This document shows positions 60,484 through 64,000 of a stretch of DNA of 64,000 nucleotides, in pieces. Under the pieces are notes generated by a model. The model was not told where the DNA came from. It did not search any database and saw nothing but the letters and a program-made list of their open reading frames with translations. The translations under genes and the position numbers were made by a program. The DNA is from Scenedesmus sp. PABB004 (taxonomy: Eukaryota). The first letter of the stretch is position 1. The number at the start of each line of letters is the position of its first letter. The stretch lies in NCBI GenBank assembly GCA_014905635.1, contig JABVCE010000011.1, forward strand, positions 992,001-1,056,000. Reading direction: 5' to 3'.

Positions 60484-63400
60484 ATGGCAGCGGCAGCACT
60501 GGCCGATGGGCCTGTCCAGGCCCGCGCGTCGCACGAGCAGGAGCCCAAGGCGCCCGTGCTGACGCTGGCCATGATTTACGGCCTCACCGAGCTCCGCCGC
60601 GGACGGTGCGCCCGGGGCGGCGCGCGAACAGTTGGCGCGCAGCGCGCGGGCCGTGCTGCCCTGCGCCCTCGGCCCCGGCCCCGGACGCGGCGGCGCGGCC
60701 GGTCGCGGCAGCCCGGTCAGCCGCAGCAGCACGCGCCCCGCCGGCGCGCCTCGAGGCAGCAGCAGCGGGCGCACGGGCGCCATTCGAGAAGAGGCCAGCC
60801 TGGTCGACGCGGCGCGGCCGATCAACGCGCGCCCGGGCGCGCCACGCGTGCGGCGCAGGTTCTCCACCATCAGTAAGGGCGCCTGCGACGTCCTGGGCGC
60901 TGAGGTGGCGGTGAAGTCGTATGACCTGCGGGCATCGCCAAAGAAGCAAAAGATGGCCACGCGCGAGGCGATCGTGGCCAAGTACCTGCAGGCCCAAGGG
61001 TGCGGGTCGACCCGCAGCCGCAGGCGCCGCGCGGGCAGCCCGCCGCGCGCCGGGACGGCCGCGGCGCGGCGCGGCGCAGCGGGAGCAGCGGCGGCGAGGA
61101 GCTGGCGCCGCCGGCGCCGCTGGCGCCCGCCGCGCTGCCGCGCCGCCCGGGCGGCGACTCGGGCGCGACAACGCATCTCCTGCCGCCCGCGCGGCGCCGC
61201 GCCGGGCGCCGGCGGGCCGGTTTCGGAGGCCCGCCTCACCCGCGCCGTCCGTTTGCGCCCCCGCCGCCGCAGCGTGCCCAACATCCCGCACGTGTGGAGC
61301 ACCTACGCCAGCCAGGACCGCTTCCACATCCTCATGGAGTTCTGCCCCGGCGGCAACCTGCTCGAGCACCTCCGCGCCGCGGGCGCGCCCATGCCCGAGC
61401 AGCAGCTCGCCGCGACGGTGCGGCGCCGCCGCGCGTCTCGCGCCGCGCCGCTCGCCGCGCCAGGCATGCGCGCGCGCCGGCCGCCGACGCGGCCGCCGCC
61501 GCGGGTCGCAGGTCGCCGCGCCGCTGCTGCGCACGCTCGCGGCGATGCACCGCGCGGGCGTGACGCACCGGGACGTCAAGCTCGAGGTGACCCGCGCCGC
61601 GCCGCGTGCCGCCCCTGCACCAGCCGTGCCTGTCTCTCTCCCCCCCTCTCTCCCTTCCTCCCTCCCTCCCTTTTTCTCCCTCTCCCTCCTCGCCGGGCCC
61701 AGCCGACGCGCCCCGCGCCCCGCGCCCTGCCCTGAACCCCGTCCCCTGCCCCTAAACCCCCCCCCAACGCCAGAACATCTTCCTCGACGCCTCCGGCCGC
61801 CCCAAGCTCGGCGACTTTGACCTCGCCGTCCTCAGCCACGAGCCGCCCGCGCGCGCGCCGGTGGGAACCATCTTCTACATGGCACCAGAGGTGCGCCCGC
61901 GCCGCCGGCGCGCGGCTGCGCGGCTGCGGGGCTGCGCGGCTGCGCGGCTGCGGGGCTGCGCGGCTGCACGGCTGTGTGGCGACGCAGGCCCGCCCGAGGC
62001 GCGGGCGGCGCCCGGCCGGCGCGGGGGCGGGCGCGGGCGGCGCCCTGCCGCGGCGCGCCGACGACGCGGCCCGGCGGCGCGGCGCAGGTGCTGCTGCTGG
62101 CGAGCTACCGCGGCAGCGCGCTTGAAGGCGCGATGCAGCGCCGCGTGGGCGAGCGCATGGACGTGTGGAGCCTCGGAGTGTGCATTTTTGAGCTGGCGGC
62201 CGGTGCGGCCGCCGCGGGACCGCCGCGCGCGCCGCCGCGCCGCGCTCGGGCGGCGCCCGACCCGCCCCGACCCCCCTGACCCGCCCCGACCCGTCCCACG
62301 CCGCCCCGTGCCGCCGCGCCCCGTCCCGCGCCGCCGCGCCACAGGCTACAAGCCCTTTGCGGGCGTGTCCTATGAGGGCATCGCCTCGGCCATCATCCAG
62401 CACGCTGTCGCGGAGCTGCCGCCGCACGTGAGCCCCGCGCTGCGCGCGTTCATCGCCGCCGCGCTCACGTACGACCCCGCGGCGCGGCCCTCCGCGGCGG
62501 CGCTGCTCGACCACCCCTGGCTGCAGGCGCTCGCGCCCGGCGCGCCGCGCAGCGACAGCGCGTGCAGCCTGCTCGGCATGTCCGGCGGCGGCGCCAAGGC
62601 GGGCGCGCAGCAGCAGGCCAAGGGCGGCGTGGCGGCGCCGCCGCGGCGGCTCGGCGCCGAGCCCGGCGGCGGCAAGGCCGCGCCGGCCATCGCGGCGGCG
62701 CTGCGGCAGCACCTGCCGCCCGGCGTGCCGCTGCACGGCTGGCACGCCGCGGGCAGCTCGTGCGCGGGCGGCAGCTCCTGCAGCGGCTGCTGCGCCGGCG
62801 GCTGCGACGGCACGCTCACGGGCAGCAGCTGCGGGCACCACAGCCCGAGCGTGAGCAGCAGCTGCAGCAGCAACGCCCTGCTCAAGTGCAGCGCGCGCGA
62901 CCTGGGCAGCTACGGCCGCTCCGGCGGCGGCGGCGGCGGCGGCGTGGCCGTCGCGGCCGTCGCCGCGGCGGCGGGCGTGCTGGGCGGCGGCGCCGGCGGG
63001 GCGGCGATGTGGGCGCTGCAGCAGCAGCACGCGGCCGTCGGCGGCGCCACCGCGGCCGCGGCCGCGCCGGCAGCGGCGTCACCCTTTGTGACACACGCGC
63101 TGCAGCCCTTTGCAGGTGCGGGGCGCGGCGCGTGGCCCGCTTGCGGCGCCGGCGCTGCAGCGCCACCGCGTGCTCCGCGCGCGTGCGGGGGCGCCGCCTC
63201 ACACGCGCCTCCCCGCTCCGCCCGCCCGCCGGCCGCCGCGCAGGCCTGCGCGTCGCGCGCAACACCAGCGGCCTGAGCACGCAGCACGCCGAGTGGAGCA
63301 CCACCGACAGCAGCTGCAACGGCGGCGGCGGCAGCCCGCGCAGCGTGCTTGGCCGCATGGGTCTGAGCGGCGGCAGCGCGCTCGCACGCCAGCTCATGCC

Positions 63401-64000
63401 CTGGGCGTCAGCCGGCTCGGCCGCGCTGGGCCTGCAGCCCGCGCCCAGCGGCGCGTGCCTGCATCCCGGCGCCGGCGCGCCGCCCCAGCAGCAGCAGGCC
63501 AGCAGCCAGGCGCAGCAGGCGCCGGGGCAGGCCGCGCCTTCTGCGGGCGGCGAGGGGGGGCAGGCGCCGGCGCAGCCGGCTGCGCCGCCGCAGCTCGATG
63601 CGCATGGCACGAGCGCGGGCGGCGCGGCTGCGCCTGCAGGCGCCCCACAGCAGCACGACGCGCCCGGCGAAGGCGCTGCGAACGGCAGCCCGCGGCGCGG
63701 CAGCAGCGGCAGCGGCAGCGGCCGGGGCGGCAGCCCCCCGCAGGCGCTCGTTGCCGCACTGCAGCAGCAGCAGGCGCCGGCGCGGGCGCCGGCGCCGGCG
63801 GAGCAGGCCGCCGCGGCCGCCGCAGCCGCCGCTGCAGCCGCCGCGGCCGCCGCGGCCGGCGGCGCGCACCTGTCGCCGCTGGCGATGGCGGTCGCCGCGG
63901 CGGTCGCCGAGCACAACCGCAGGCAGCCGCGCAGGTGGACGCCCTTTGCGCTGCGCGTGCACCAGCTCCGCGTCGCGCAGGTGCTGCTGGCGGAGCGCCA
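60484..64000 (+). CDS. Ser/Thr protein kinase (Aurora-like algal type) with long low-complexity tail; 3' partial
   Basis: VAVKSY, REA, LMEFCPGGNL, HRDVKLE|NIF, KLGDFDLA, VGTIFYMAPE, DVWSLGV, RPSAAALLDHPWL; frame still open at the window end. Confidence 0.9.
61909..61975 (+). repeat. 8-nt tandem repeat (GCGGCTGC) in a kinase intron
   Basis: About eight degenerate units are visible. Confidence 0.75.

Noticed and set aside
1..64000. Hundreds of long overlapping Arg/Ala/Pro-rich ORFs (e.g. 82-2157, 2905-6858, 35621-38605, 42957-46286)
   Set aside because: Stop codons are rare at this GC content; these are shadow or antisense frames of real spliced genes, or non-coding DNA, with no recognisable motifs.

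Overview
Extremely GC-rich, intron-rich eukaryotic DNA with TGTAA poly(A) signals and many GC-AG introns, consistent with a chlorophycean green alga (Sphaeropleales-like; inferred). Most six-frame ORFs are GC-content artefacts; I reconstructed about 19 spliced genes by hand: a GT4 glycosyltransferase, a large low-complexity protein, two copies each of a secreted cysteine-repeat protein and a small HSP, a PAN/Apple-like surface protein, a LYAR-type zinc-finger protein, mitochondrial SHMT, a 3xRRM protein, a small ORF plus RNase H2A, a GYF/RS-rich protein, RPS18, a GH9-CBM1 endoglucanase, epsin, an STI1-ankyrin (AKR2-like) protein, a cysteine-synthase-like protein, a partial kinase and a partial secreted protein. 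Two structures stand out. (1) A ~25 kb inverted duplication (about 7.2-32.7 kb) whose arms each carry the Cys-rich gene and the sHSP gene; identity is patchy, the 3' regions are unrelated and amino-acid changes are clustered. (2) ~460 bp inverted repeats enclosing a candidate bicistronic ORF-RNase H2A cassette, which makes the RNase H2A 3' region antisense to the distal 3' region of the RRM gene. No transposase, rRNA, tRNA or CRISPR array was recognised. Coordinates are hand-derived and repeat boundaries are approximate.
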